A stretch of DNA of 64,000 nt from Octopus vulgaris (GCA_951406725.2 OX597826.1:8866001-8930000); one strand, 5' to 3'. Positions 43,072 to 56,504 are shown, numbered from the stretch's first letter. Notes: generated by a model not told the origin, from the sequence alone. Program-made: numbers and translations.

Positions 43072-43348
43072 GAAGGTTAGGGTGCAGCACTCACGATCGC
43101 TAGATCATGGGTGTAATTTCCGGACCAAGCGACGTCGTGTTCTTCAATAAAACACTTCATTTCACGTTGCTCCAGTTTGCTCGGCTGTAAATGGGTCACC
43201 ATGGGACGGAATAGCCTTCCGATCAAGGGGGAATCTTGGCCTGCTCGCCTAACCAGCAGGGGTGACATCATTCAGATGCTAAAACAATGGGAAGCGCATT
43301 GTGACCGGCTATGTGTAATTACATCGGACAGTCTAGTCGGTGGGATAT
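43072..43348 (+). mobile_element. Chimeric SINE: family C head/core plus tail shared with the family D copy at 54143
   Basis: GGTTAGGGTG..CACGATCG..AAACACTTCATTTCACGTTGCTCCAG then TTGGCCTGCTCGC..GAAGCGCATTGTGACC. Confidence 0.7.
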
Positions 43349-43421
43349 AGATAGAGCGGACGTAAATAATGTGGAGCGCCGCCCCTTCCGTTGTTGTTTT
43401 TTTTGTCTTGTTTTCTTTTTT

Positions 43422-45513
43422 TGGAGCAAAGTCCCATCTCGACCCAGGGTAACGTGGTGGTGGAACAATGTTGTTGACAGGGCTATTAGACAAAAGAAAC
43501 AGGCTTGGAAGGACTGGAAGAACGGTGGTAGCAGGGAAGTGTATCAGACTGCCAGAAGGGAAGCTAGGAGACAGGTTTATTTAGCCAGAGGGGAAGCAGA
43601 TAAGAAAAAATTTGCCAATGTTCTGCGCCGTGAGGACCAAAGACTTGAGGTATTTCGTGTTGCAAGACAGTGTGTGAAAGAGAATCGTGATGTGGTAGGA
43701 GACAAATGTGTTCGCATGGATGATGGTTCACTTGCGCTAAATGAGGATGCAAAGAGAGAGGTTTGGAGATGCCACTATGAAAGGTTGCTGAATAAAGATA
43801 ATGAATGGGATGAAGAGAGTCTGCCGAATGTCGACCCAACAGAGGGACCAGCTATCCGAGTTGACAGTTCTTTGGTAGTTAAGGCAATTAGAAGCATGAA
43901 GACAGGGAAAGCCCCAGGCCCATCAGGAATTACTGCAGAGATGCTCAAAATATCTGGCAGTGTCGGCTATAGTCTAGTCACCCGTATAGTTAACCAGGTG
44001 ATACACGAAGGAGTCATACCCAATGACTGGTGTAGCAGCATAATAGTCAACTGCTACAAAGGTAAAGGTGACACCCTAGATACAAATAATTACAGAGGTA
44101 TCAAGCTGTTGGATCAGGTAATGAAGGTTACGGAGAGGGTCATAGCCCAACTGATTAGGGAGAGAGTCAACTTGGACGAGATGCAGTTTGGTTTCGTGCC
44201 AGGGAAAAGCACCACTGATGCCATATTTCTGGTGAGACAGCTGCAGGAGAAATACCTAGCCAAAGATAAACCTCTGTACCTGGCTTTCGTTGACATGGAG
44301 AAAGCCTTTGACAGGGTCCCCCGATCCCTTATCTGGTGGTCAATGAGGAAACTAGGAATAGGTGAATGGTTAGTGAGAGCTGTACGAGCCATGTACAGGG
44401 ACGCTATTAGTAAGGTGAGGGTTGGCAACGAGTACAGTGAAGAATTCCGAGTAGAGGTTGGGGTCCACCAAGTTTCAGTCCTCAGCCCCCTCCTATTTAT
44501 CATAGTCCTCCAAGCAATAACGGAGGAATTCAAGACAGGTTGCCCCTGGGAGCTCCTCTATGCTGATGACCTTGCTCTAATTGCTGAGTCACTATCAGAA
44601 CTGGAGGAGAAGTTTCAGGTGTGGAAGCAAGGATTAGAATCGAAGGGCCTTAGAGTCAACCTAGCTAAAACCAAAGTTCTAATAAGTAGGAAGGTAGACA
44701 AATCACAAACACCTTCAGGTTGATGGCCCTGCTCGATCTGTAGAAAAGGCGTAGGTATAAACTTTCTAAGATGCACCAAGTGTAAGCTATGGACACATAA
44801 GAGGTGCAGCAATGTCAAAGGAAGGCTAACTAGGAAGATAATTTTTGTATGTGGCAGATGCTCAGGAGCAATAAACACTGAAAATACGCAGAGTCCAACC
44901 TTGCCACATTCCAGGGAGAAAAACTAGAAATAGTTGATAGCTTCCGTTAACTAGGTGACCAAGTCAGTAGCGGGGGCGGGTCTGCTGAAAGCGTAACTGC
45001 TAGAGTAAGAATAGCCTGGCCAAAGTTCAGAGAGCTCTTACCTCTGCTGGTGACAAAAGGCCTCTCGCTCAGAGTAAAAGCAGATTGTATAACGCATGTG
45101 TACGAACAGCCATGCTACATGGCAGTGAAACATGGGACGTGACTGCTGAGGATATGCGTAAGATCGCAAGAAATGAAGCCAGTATGCTCCGATGGATGTG
45201 TAATGTCAGTGTTCATACTCGACAGAGTGTAAGTACTTTGAGAGAAAAGTTGGATCTAAGAAGCATCAGTTGTGGTGTGCAAGAGAGACGTTTGCGCTGA
45301 TATGGTCATGTGGCGAGAATGGATGAAGATAGTTGTGTGAAAAAGTGCCACACCCTAGCGGTTGAGGGAACCTATGGAAGATATAGACCCAGGAAAACCT
45401 GGGACGAGGTGGTGAAGCACGACCTTCGAACTTTAGGTCTCACCGAGGAAATGACTAGAAACCGAGACCATTGGAAGTATGCTGTGCGTGAGAAGACCCG
45501 GCAGGACAGGTGA
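43422..45513 (+). pseudogene. RTE ORF2 (RT plus inserted PHD-like finger), disrupted by stops and frameshifts
   Basis: Open to TGA 44721-44723; further lesions near 44900, 44948, 45080, 45298; endonuclease domain lost. Confidence 0.9.
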
Positions 45514-45669
45514 GGCCATAATCCCGTGGCCTCTACCTGGGACGTAGCCAGCTCACTTATGCGTTCCTTTCCTTCTTGAGACACAAAACTCCACTTGTGA
45601 AGACCTGTTGAAGCAAGTGAAAATCAAAATCGTAATCTATCAACATCAGTGGAATTTGTAGCTGTGATA

Positions 45670-45890
45670 CCTGTGCCGGTGGCACGTAAGAGAACCATCT
45701 GAACGTGGCCGTAGCCAGTGCCGCCCTGACTGGCTTCCGTGCCGGTGGCACGTAAAAAGCACCATCCGATCGTGGCCGTTGCCAGCTTCGTCTGATCTCC
45801 GTGCCGGTGGCACGTAAAAAGCACTATCCAATCGTGGCCGTTTGCCAGCCTCGTCTGGCACCTGTGCCGGTGGCACGTAAAAAGCACCCA
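45670..45890 (+). repeat. Four ~63 bp tandem units with GTGCC-GGT-GGCAC hairpin in the LINE 3' UTR
   Basis: Motif at 45673, 45739, 45801, 45864. Confidence 0.9.
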
Positions 45891-46035
45891 CTACACTCAC
45901 GGAGTGGTTGGCGTTAGGAAGGGCATCCAGCTGTAGAAACACTGCCAGATCAGACTGAGCCTGGTGCAGCCTTCTGGCTTCCCAGACCCAGTTGAACCGT
46001 CCAACCCATGCTAGCATGGAAAGCGGACGTTAAAC

Positions 46036-46089
<54 letters not shown>

Positions 46090-46380
46090 TCTCCCCTTTT
46101 CGAGTATGGAGATTCTGATTCTGCAAAAAAAAAACGGCGTTTTAAAAGTTTAATACGTATTTTTCTACGTATTTCACAAAAAGAAATTTCAAAGAAAAGT
46201 GAAAATTGAAGAATTTGGGTGTAGGGGCTAGCGGGAAATTAAAATATTAAAATGTCATTGTTGTTTTTTTTTCTTTTTGCAGAAGCAGAATCTCCGTACT
46301 CGAAAATGAGGGATTCTGTAAAAAAAACAAATGGGGCGCAGTCCACATTCTTTACGTCCGCGGATAGATAGATAGATAGG

Positions 46381-46470
<90 letters not shown>

Positions 46471-46500
46471 CATACATACATACATACATACATACATACA

Positions 46501-46532
<32 letters not shown>

Positions 46533-47421
46533 CAGGGTGAGTGAAAAGTAACTCCCTATTTTAAAATACTTATAATTTATTTATTAACTATAATTTTTAG
46601 AAAAATGAATATATGAAGAAAGCGGATGGCATGAGTTTTATTCAAAATTCGATATAGACACCAGCATTCGTCACCAGCTTCTCAAGCCGCCCAGGAACCG
46701 CATCAACTGATCTCATCAGGAATTCTTGTGGGATGGAAGACATATCTTCTTGTATTCGCCGTTCAGGTTCTTCCGAAGTCGTTGGTTTAATAGAGTAGAC
46801 TTGCTCCTTTAACCAACCCCAAAGAAAAAAGTCGCAGGGTGTTAAATCAGGGCTTCTGGCCGGTCAAACATGCGGACCTCGACGACCCATCCATCTCCCA
46901 GGAAAGCAAGCATTCAGCCATTCACGAGTAATGTAGAGGAGCACCATCTTGCATAAAATCAAAATCTTCAATATTCTCCCAAGTACTGATAACTGGCCAG
47001 ATTTCATCTCGCAGTATGGTGAGGTACTTTCAACATTCGTGGTATTGCAAAGGATGAAAGGACCCACAATCCTGTCCAAAGTCATTTCACACCACACCGT
47101 TACCTTGGGCCAATTCTGCATTTTTTTAGAAGTAATACGAGGATTTTCTCCTGCCCAGTGGTGGTAGTTGCGAAGGTTCACAAACCCACCGATGAAGAAT
47201 ACCGCTTCATCACTCCAGGGGATATTTCTGAAGAGATCAGACCATGTTTGTTGGGCTTCTAAATTTCAAACAAAATGATCCATCTGCAAAAGAAGAAAAG
47301 ACAAACATAGAACCAATTCCCATACAGTAAAGAACATACACAACAAATCTGAGGAAAAAATTATAGTTAATAAATAAATTAAAAGTATTTTAAAATAGGG
47401 AGTTACTTTTCAATCACCCTC
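46533..47421 (-). mobile_element. Internally deleted Tc1/mariner-superfamily element, DD41D (rosa)-like
   Basis: ~65 bp TIRs CAGGGTGAGTGAAAAGTAACTCCCTATTTTAAAATACT..; remnants WSDEAVF, VTVWC, IVGPF, QDGAPLH, FPGRWMGRRGP, PARSPDLTPCDFFLWG. Confidence 0.85.
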
Positions 47422-47453
<32 letters not shown>

Positions 47454-47617
47454 AAACCAGCCGAAATTGCAAAGATAACCTGGAACTCGACTGAGGAAAG
47501 AAAAACTCCGAATGACCCGTCCTTGTTTTCTTTGTATCGTCTGTCTGGATGTTTTGTTGTCCCTTTTTTGTATCACCTCACTGTCTGGATGTTTTGCGTT
47601 CTCATCTTGTTTTTGTA

Positions 47618-47689
<72 letters not shown>

Positions 47690-48206
47690 GCATATACATA
47701 TATATTCCGAATTTGTGTGAATCTGTATAGACTATTAAATAAAGTTAAAATATGGTCTGGTCTTCACGCTTTTAACATGAAAAACATATTTTGTAATATT
47801 CAATTCAAAAAGAAATACGCTGTTATGGTAACTTATCTTATAAGCAAAAAACGAAATCTTAATCATATATATATATATATGGATTAATCTTCCTCGCCCG
47901 CTCTCATATATATTCGTGCTATCATTATTGTTTTTACGTATTTTTGTATTTTTATTCGTGTAACATCGTCCGTTTTCCGTCCCTGTGTTGTATACATTCG
48001 AGGCTTTCTTCCAAGGAATCTAATGCGCTTGGCTTAGATTTCCCTTGGGGGCTGCCCAGATCGGAGCAATCTCAAGATTAATCAGCCGAAATTGCGAAGA
48101 TGATCCGGTTCTTGACTGATGATTGAGGGCTTCGAATGTCCCATCCTGGTTTGTTGTGTCGTCTTCTAAATGTTTCACGTTCTTGTCCCAGTTTGTATAT
48201 TTTTTA

Positions 48207-48255
<49 letters not shown>

Positions 48256-48487
48256 GTGCGATAGAGGAAGGTAACTTAGCAGTTCGGCAAAAGAGACTGA
48301 TAGAATATGTACTAGGCTTACAAAGAATAAGTCCTGGTGTCGATTTGTTCGACCAAAGGCGGTGATCCAGCATGGCCACAGTCAAATGACTGAAACAAGT
48401 AAAGGAGTAAAAGAGAGTAAAGGTCCAGTAAGCGACTTCTCACCTTAAGGAATATTCGCATATGATCTTGTACATCTCGCCTAATGC

Positions 48488-48556
48488 CTGCACTGGATTT
48501 GAACTCAAGTCTACGGGATTGATAGTTCGCTACCGTATTCACTTGACCATTTGCGT
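48488..48556 (-). other. tRNA-derived Pol III head remnant
   Basis: TGGTCAAGTGA A-box-like and GAGTTCAAATCC B box. Confidence 0.4.
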
Positions 48557-48644
48557 TGAACTTTCTGTGTGACAGTTCTTTCGCATAGGGACAGTCACTA
48601 AGTGGGAAACCAGTGCAAGAATACAAAATTGTATGAACACGCAC

Positions 48645-48705
<61 letters not shown>

Positions 48706-49496
48706 CATGCGTGTGTGTTTGTACGCGTGTGTGTGCTTGTGCGTATAACCTTATTGGACAGTCAGTAGGCAGACGTCAATGCGCTAGGAAAAATGTATGT
48801 ATGTGTGCGTGAGTCTATGTGTGTGTTTGTGTGTGTGTGAGTGTGTGTGGTGTGCGAGTGAGCAAACACACACACACACACACGCACACACACATACACG
48901 CACGCACACATATATATATGTATACAAACTGATGCACATAACACATCAAGCGGATGCGTCCGTGTTAATAGTTTAATGTCGGAGAAACTGCGAACAGTTG
49001 ATTAGCCACATTGCCGTCGAGAGTGTATAACTACGAATATGGTTATCAATATTTTAATATCAATAAGAGCAGATCAATTCATCTTCACTTGAGGATCACA
49101 GATTGTCACTAACATCCAATAACATTAATCGTCCACCCGGATATGGGTGTGACAAAGGTACGTATGCACACGTCACACTCCTCCACACATACACACGAAT
49201 ATATATACATATGCTTCTACCCAGCTCTCTCTCTCACGCTCTCTCCCTCTCTCTCCCTCTATGTGTGTATGTATATATATATATATCTATTTCGTTTTTG
49301 TATTTGGTTTACAAGATTCTTTATGTGAATTCGTGTGTTGAAGCATATTTTATTGTGTCAGGGGAGAGTCATTCTCTTTTAGTGCCTTATTAATTTAACA
49401 CACTCACCGATTTCCACTCATTTACCTATTTATTTTTACTACATATATATAAATAAGTAACTGAGTGGAAATCAGTGAATGTTGTATATATGTATG

Positions 49497-49548
<52 letters not shown>

Positions 49549-49593
49549 TAGTAATAGTGTGACAATAATTAATAGTAAATGTCTCGAGGTATG

Positions 49594-49648
<55 letters not shown>

Positions 49649-49875
49649 CGTCAGCGTATCATATATCCGAAAAAGAAGCGCATCCTAAGCATAATGCAGT
49701 TAAGTATATGTCCGGTCATAAAGTGACCAATAGTTTCGCATCAATAGAGAGGTTAGGTCCATGAACGACACGTCAGACTCTAAAGCCGATGGCATATAAT
49801 TCTTCAGCTCTGCTATACATTCACGCACGTGCGTATATTATATATATATAGGAGAGCAAAAGAGTACGTACGTCG

Positions 49876-49909
<34 letters not shown>

Positions 49910-50241
49910 GGGACAAGAACGCAAAACATCGAAATAGACGATACAAAAAACACGGACGGGTCATTCGAAGCCTTTAATCTTCACTCAAGAACCAGATCAT
50001 CCTCGCAAGCCGAAATTGACCTTATTAGACCTTTACTCTCTTTTACTCTTTTACTTGTTTCAGTCATTTGACTGTGGCATGTTGGAGCACCGCCTTTAGT
50101 CGAGCAAATCGACCCAGGACTTATTCTTTGTAAGCCTTATTCTATCGGTCACTTATTGACAAACCACTAAGTTATGGGGACGTATACACACCACCATCGG
50201 TTGTCAAGCGATGTTGGAGGGACAAACACAGACACACAAAC

Positions 50242-50297
<56 letters not shown>

Positions 50298-50298
<1 letters not shown>

Positions 50299-50781
50299 AG
50301 ATGGTATCAGCCCTTCTGGTGACGTTGATGATCGCCTGGGGCTAAATGCATCAGTAACACCCCCACCACCCCGCCCTGTCCCTAGCCACATTCAGATGGC
50401 TGATCCCCCCTTATGTTATAGAGCAGTTACTGTTTATATCTCGCTCAGAGATTTATTATTGTTGTCGAACGGTTTTTCTACATCAGTGACTGTGGTTACT
50501 GTGAAAATCCATATATATCCAGCCTGTAGAGGGAGTCCCTCAACGAAGAACGGTGCTTACCATGCGTTAATAAGAGGCAAATACCTCGAAACCGGTCCGT
50601 ATGTAGTATCCGTATCTTCGGGGAGGCTGATCTCCCTTTGCAGGCTGGCAAGGACACCGAGATGGTGTCAGCCCTTCTGGTGACGTTGATGATCGCCTGG
50701 GGCTAAATGCATCAGTAACACCCCCAACCACCCTGCCCTGTCCCTAGCCACATTCAGATGGCTGATCCCCCTTATGTTATA
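50298..50781 (+). mobile_element. 361 bp monomer plus ~123 bp terminal direct repeat with variant hammerhead, in (TA)n
   Basis: 50298-50420 nearly identical to 50659-50781; hammerhead fold at 50561-50603. Confidence 0.82.
50561..50603 (+). ncRNA. Hammerhead-fold motif with variant core TTAATAA
   Basis: CATGCG-TTAATAA-GAGG-CAAATA-CCTC-GAAA-CCGG-TC/CGTATG. Confidence 0.65.
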
Positions 50782-51312
50782 TATATATACATATATTCGA
50801 TGGGCTTCTTTCAGTTTCCATCTACCAAATCCACTCACAGGGCTTTGGTCGGCCCGAGGCTATAGAAGACACTTGCCCAAGGTGCCATACAGTGGGACTG
50901 AACCCGGAACCATGTGGTTCGTAAGCAAGCTACTTACCACACAGCCACTCCTACACCTTATTAAATTTCTTTTCACAAACACTTGAAGTTGTTCAAATTT
51001 TCAACACTGAAGTAACTTTTTTCATTAATACCTGGGAAAAAAATGATTGTGATTTCCATCATCAGCAACCAATCTAAATTTTTCGGGAAAATTTGAAATA
51101 CTTTAAATGGTAAAAGAAAATTTATTAGGATCCAATTTAGTTCCAATCCACCATGAAACTTAAGTTAATCGTTGTAACAAGCTTTTGGCAAAAATAAGAA
51201 ATCCTATGTGATCCCTCGATCTACAAGAAACTGCAAAGGAATCTTCCTTAATTCGCATCCTGCCGTTTTTGTAAACATGATAGTAACATTGGATAATATA
51301 AATGTAATCTTA

Positions 51313-51697
51313 GGTAGCTTGCTTACCAACCACATTGTTCCGGGTTCAGTTCCACTGCGTGGCACCTTGGGCAAGTCTCTTCTACTATAGCCTCGGGCCG
51401 ACCAAAGCCTTGTGAGTGGATTTGATTGACAGAAACTAAAAGAAGCCCGTCATATATATGTATTATATGTATATATGTATGTGTGTGTGTATGTTTGTGT
51501 GTCTGCGTTTGTCCCCCCAACATCGCTTGACAACCGATGGTGGTGTGTTTACGTCCCCCTAACTTAGCGGTTCGGCAAAAGAGACCGATAAAATAAGTAC
51601 TAGGCTTACAAAGAATAAGTGCTAGGGTCGATTTGCTCGACTAGAGGCTGTGCTCCAGTATGGCCACGGTCAAATGACTGAAACAAGTAAAAGAGTA
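51313..51697 (+). mobile_element. SINE family A
   Basis: Consensus-like copy lacking the first ~25 nt. Confidence 0.9.
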
Positions 51698-51984
51698 TGT
51701 TTGTTGTTGAAATGCTTTTGATTTTACATTTAATTGACCAGAGCCAGAGCCAACAACAGCATGTGCTGGCGTTTATTCTAGAATTCAAATAACTAATCAA
51801 GCCAAAGTGTGCGTTAGACTAGCAACGTATCCAAGAGGAGTGTTTCACCTCATTAATATTGTACAATAACTTCTACGAATGTAAGTTGGTAATGAAGACA
51901 TAACATACAATATTTGAGCATATTCCCCACACACTCACATACAAACACGCATGTGCATGTTTGTGTGTGTGTGTGTGTGCAATG

Positions 51985-52897
<913 letters not shown>

Positions 52898-53169
52898 TCT
52901 ATGGGATCATACACATTTGAAAATCTTTCAAGGCAAAATTGTTCATTAATAAAAGTCTTATTCTGACAAAAACATTTCCGACGATGTGACTCTTAAAATT
53001 TTAATTTGTTTAATGGCTTCTCTATAAACACTGTTGTTATTTAAACCAATTTTATGGGTAAATACCTTAACAGATAAATAGTTATGTATCTTCTTCTTAC
53101 TAAATAAGTTTCTTCTTAAACTATCCCTTTCTGCTGCTAGGAAGACATAAGTGCCAAGTACCAAAGAAC

Positions 53170-53255
53170 TTCCGGTTGCTTCGAACCAACAACGCCACTG
53201 ACCCTGATAATGTCACTTCTTTTATTCTCAAACAATACGCACCTATTCTCATTAT
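53170..53255 (+). pseudogene. Possible tiny CR1/Jockey-type RT remnant
   Basis: NNATDPDNVTSFILKQYAPIL resembles the KAxGPDxI..LK..A.L motif. Confidence 0.35.
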
Positions 53256-53271
53256 GTATTACGCACTTCAA

Positions 53272-53302
<31 letters not shown>

Positions 53303-53390
53303 GTCCTTCTCTCTCCCTCTCTCTGTCTTTCTCTCTCCTTCTCTTTCTTTCTCTCCCTCTAAATTCTCCGCTTGTTTTTATAAAAGTCCT

Positions 53391-53462
<72 letters not shown>

Positions 53463-53569
53463 GTAGGTAGGTAGGTTGGTAGGTAGGTAGGTAGGTAGGT
53501 AGGTAGGTAGGTAGGTAGGTAGGTAGGTAGGTAGGTATGTAGGTAGATAGGTAGGTAGGTAGGTAGATC

Positions 53570-53634
<65 letters not shown>

Positions 53635-53703
53635 GTAGGTAGGTAGGTAGGTAGGTAGGTAGGTAGGTAGGTAGGTACATACATACATACATACATACAT
53701 ACA

Positions 53704-53739
<36 letters not shown>

Positions 53740-53741
53740 TA

Positions 53742-53938
53742 TACCAGTGTAAGCCCATAAATGTGAAACAAGGTGGGAAAAAATAGTACTCAAATACCGG
53801 AGGTAGAGTAATATCCTTTATTAATAAAGCTACAAAGACATCACAAAAACAGTTACTCAGAGTTTCACGTTCCCGTTCGTCTGAGAGTTTAGGAACGTGA
53901 AACTCTGAGTAATAGTTTTTGTGATGTCTATAAATAAA
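53742..53938 (-). mobile_element. Hammerhead-family fragment with inverted duplication; same family as 63810-63958
   Basis: 53742-53890 is the reverse complement of ~63812-63958; 53891-53938 inverts ~53818-53872. Confidence 0.78.
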
Positions 53939-54142
53939 GTACACACACACAACACGCACACACACATAGTTTAAATTTACAGAAAACAGAAGATGAAGAC
54001 AGGTGAGGGAACCACAAGCAGGTGTTTGAGGCTTGGGAAGAATGGAAACTTCTGTTCTTCGGCAGAAAGGATTGAGAGGGGGAAAAAATGGAGATTGAAA
54101 ATAAACGGAGCAAGAAAAAAAATTGTAAGATATATATATATA

Positions 54143-54423
54143 TCCCATCCGTCTTCAATCACTGGTCACAATGCGCTTCGCATTGTTTTAGCCTTCAAAT
54201 GACGCCACCCGGCTGGCTAAGCGAGCAGGCCAACAGTAGAAAGAGTGAGAGAAAGTTGTGGTGAAAGAGTACAGCAGGGATCGCCACCACCCCCTGCCGG
54301 AGCCTCGTGGAGCTTTAGGTGTTTTCGCTCAATAAACACTCACAACGCCTGATCTGGGAATCGAAACCGCGATCCTACGACCGCAAGTCCGCTTCCCTCA
54401 CCACTGGGCCATTGCGCCTCCAC
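54143..54423 (-). mobile_element. SINE family D
   Basis: Reverse complement of the 33604 head with a different tail. Confidence 0.8.
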
Positions 54424-54520
54424 ATAAATATAAATATATATATATATATTGTGACCGTGTGTGTACTGTTGGTGATTTTTTCCTCCGTCTTCTCTTCTTT
54501 TGATCTTTCCTTTTCCTATA

Positions 54521-54553
54521 TTTCCGACGAAGAGCTCCGCTCGAAACGTTAAA
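54521..54553 (+). ncRNA. Minimal hammerhead motif (U4C core) in repeat 54450-54658; decayed sister at 62817-62850
   Basis: TTT-CCGACGA-A-GAGC-TCC-GCTC-GAAA-CG-TT/AAA. Confidence 0.6.
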
Positions 54554-54654
54554 CCCTCCTTCTTTCCTTCTTTCCTGGGCGTCCAATAATACTATACATG
54601 TTCAACGTCCTCGCGTGCTGTGTTCTCTCTTTGTGTTTTCATGTTTGGATTAAC

Positions 54655-54752
<98 letters not shown>

Positions 54753-54798
54753 CATATATATATATATACATATATACATACATACATACATACATACA

Positions 54799-54831
<33 letters not shown>

Positions 54832-54846
54832 GTGTGTGTATACGTA

Positions 54847-54922
<76 letters not shown>

Positions 54923-55693
54923 CATTATTATTATTATTAAATACTTGATATTATATACTATAGACTAAGACAACATTTAACGTTTTCCAGTTGTTCACTT
55001 TTCAGAGTTACATACTTAAAATCTAAACTAAAATCTAAACATCTTTCGAGCCAGTTATTCTCAGAGACAATACTGTAATATTAAATACAATGCTCTATGT
55101 CTTAAAGTTTACAACAAAAAGATCCCTCATTAAAGATGTGATTGACACATCAAAGGCCGACTAAAGCTATGGTTCATTGAAGCTAATCACCAAGTGTAAT
55201 TAACCTCGGTGACTTTTCCTTAATAGGTTGATTGTTTGTGTCCACTCGCGCATGATACACTGTCTCAACATAAGAGAGTCTCTCATGTTGACGTTCGACC
55301 ATTATGATTGAGTTTACGTTCCACTGAGGATATCTAATAATGCCGAAACATGTATGGGGGTGTCTCACGTACTTGACGAAATCATTAAAATATTTTTCCA
55401 TGAAATTAGCGAGGAGATAGTAACATTACTTAGAAGAAATATAAACAAGATCACTGAAGATCGCATTTATATAGTGCAGCAAAACTGGCCAAGTGCATTA
55501 ATTAACAAGGTTAACTACACGGAGTATTTAAACTAAATTTGTAAAGTTACAATAATATATATTTCATAAACACACACATTTATATATATTGATAGAAATG
55601 GTAAGACAACAAAAGAATGAAAGAGACCTCGACGTTATGTAAATAGAGGAATTTATCTGTAAATGTAATATGTGACAATTATTTGGTAGCCAA

Positions 55694-55755
55694 GATAAAA
55701 CTCCGAGTTTCGGATGCCGAGGTGGAAATCCACCCCACCATCTCTTCAGTTTTCC
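55694..55755 (-). ncRNA. Type I hammerhead ribozyme (canonical core, extended stem II)
   Basis: GAAAA-CTGAAGA-GATG..GGGGTGGA/TCCACCTC..CATC-C-GAAA-CTC-G-GAG-TT/TTATC; stem I has one mismatch. Confidence 0.72.
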
Positions 55756-55984
55756 GGCCATCGGAAAAAAATATATACATATATATATCCGCATGGGGTT
55801 TGAGGCCCGATGCATCTATATGGTGTTACTCAGGTACTGAAATATGGACCCACTGCATTCTATATCCGACACAGGTGTAAGCTAATGAAATCCATAAGAT
55901 AATAGCTTATTCCTTTGTATTCATGTATGTGTATGTGTGTTGTGTGTTTTCTTTACGCACACACGCACACACACACACACACAC

Positions 55985-56015
<31 letters not shown>

Positions 56016-56504
56016 TCCGCGTGGCTTAGTGGTTAGGGTATTCGACTCACAATCGCAAGGTCGTGAGATCAATTCCCAGCGACGCGTTGTGTCCTTGAGC
56101 AAGACTCTTTATTTCACGTTGCTCCAGTCCACTCAGCTGGCAAAAATGAGTTGTACCTTTACTTTAAAGATAAATGGATGTTAGCGTCAGGATTTTCGTG
56201 AGGAAGCAATTGGACACAGATCTTAAGCAGAAAATACTGATGCCCTAAATACACCCTTATAATTGAAACTCACAGTATTAAAAATTGAAATCCACTCGAT
56301 ACTGCGAAGAAGAGTTAGACACAAAGAAGTGTATATACTGTTCCTATCAGTGACCGGTATCCCGATTCATCGGGTTGCCTCTGCGGTAGCAAACTTACAA
56401 ACAACGTATCTGATTAAATCCAAAAGTGCTCAAAATTGAACGACACCTTATCCAGCAACAAGACTCGGTCTACAGTTATCAGTTAATTTAATTAAATTTT
56501 ATGT

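Larger units (their letters stand above)
43422..46088 (+). mobile_element. 5'-truncated RTE-clade LINE with (GAT)n tail
   Basis: TWWWN, KAPGPSG, NYRGIKLL, QFGFVPGKST, FVDMEKAFDRVPR, GVHQ.S.LSP, YADD; C-terminal GSETW and RPRKTW; ORF ends 45513. Confidence 0.95.
43354..46363. mobile_element. MITE with long imperfect TIRs, left arm split by the RTE LINE
   Basis: GCGGACGTAAATAATGTGG.. (43356) plus GAATCTCCCCTTTTCGAGTATGGAGATTCTG (46087) together mirror 46275-46361. Confidence 0.75.
50033..50955 (-). mobile_element. SINE family A split by a hammerhead-variant element
   Basis: Tail 50033-50245, head 50797-50955. Confidence 0.85.

Noticed and set aside
43311-43421. N-terminus of the 470-aa ORF as a genuine start
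   Set aside because: Derived from SINE tail and MITE arm upstream of the truncated LINE
45670-45890. Palindromic repeat-spacer array resembling CRISPR
   Set aside because: Spacers are homologous to each other, the array lies in a LINE 3' UTR, and there are no cas genes
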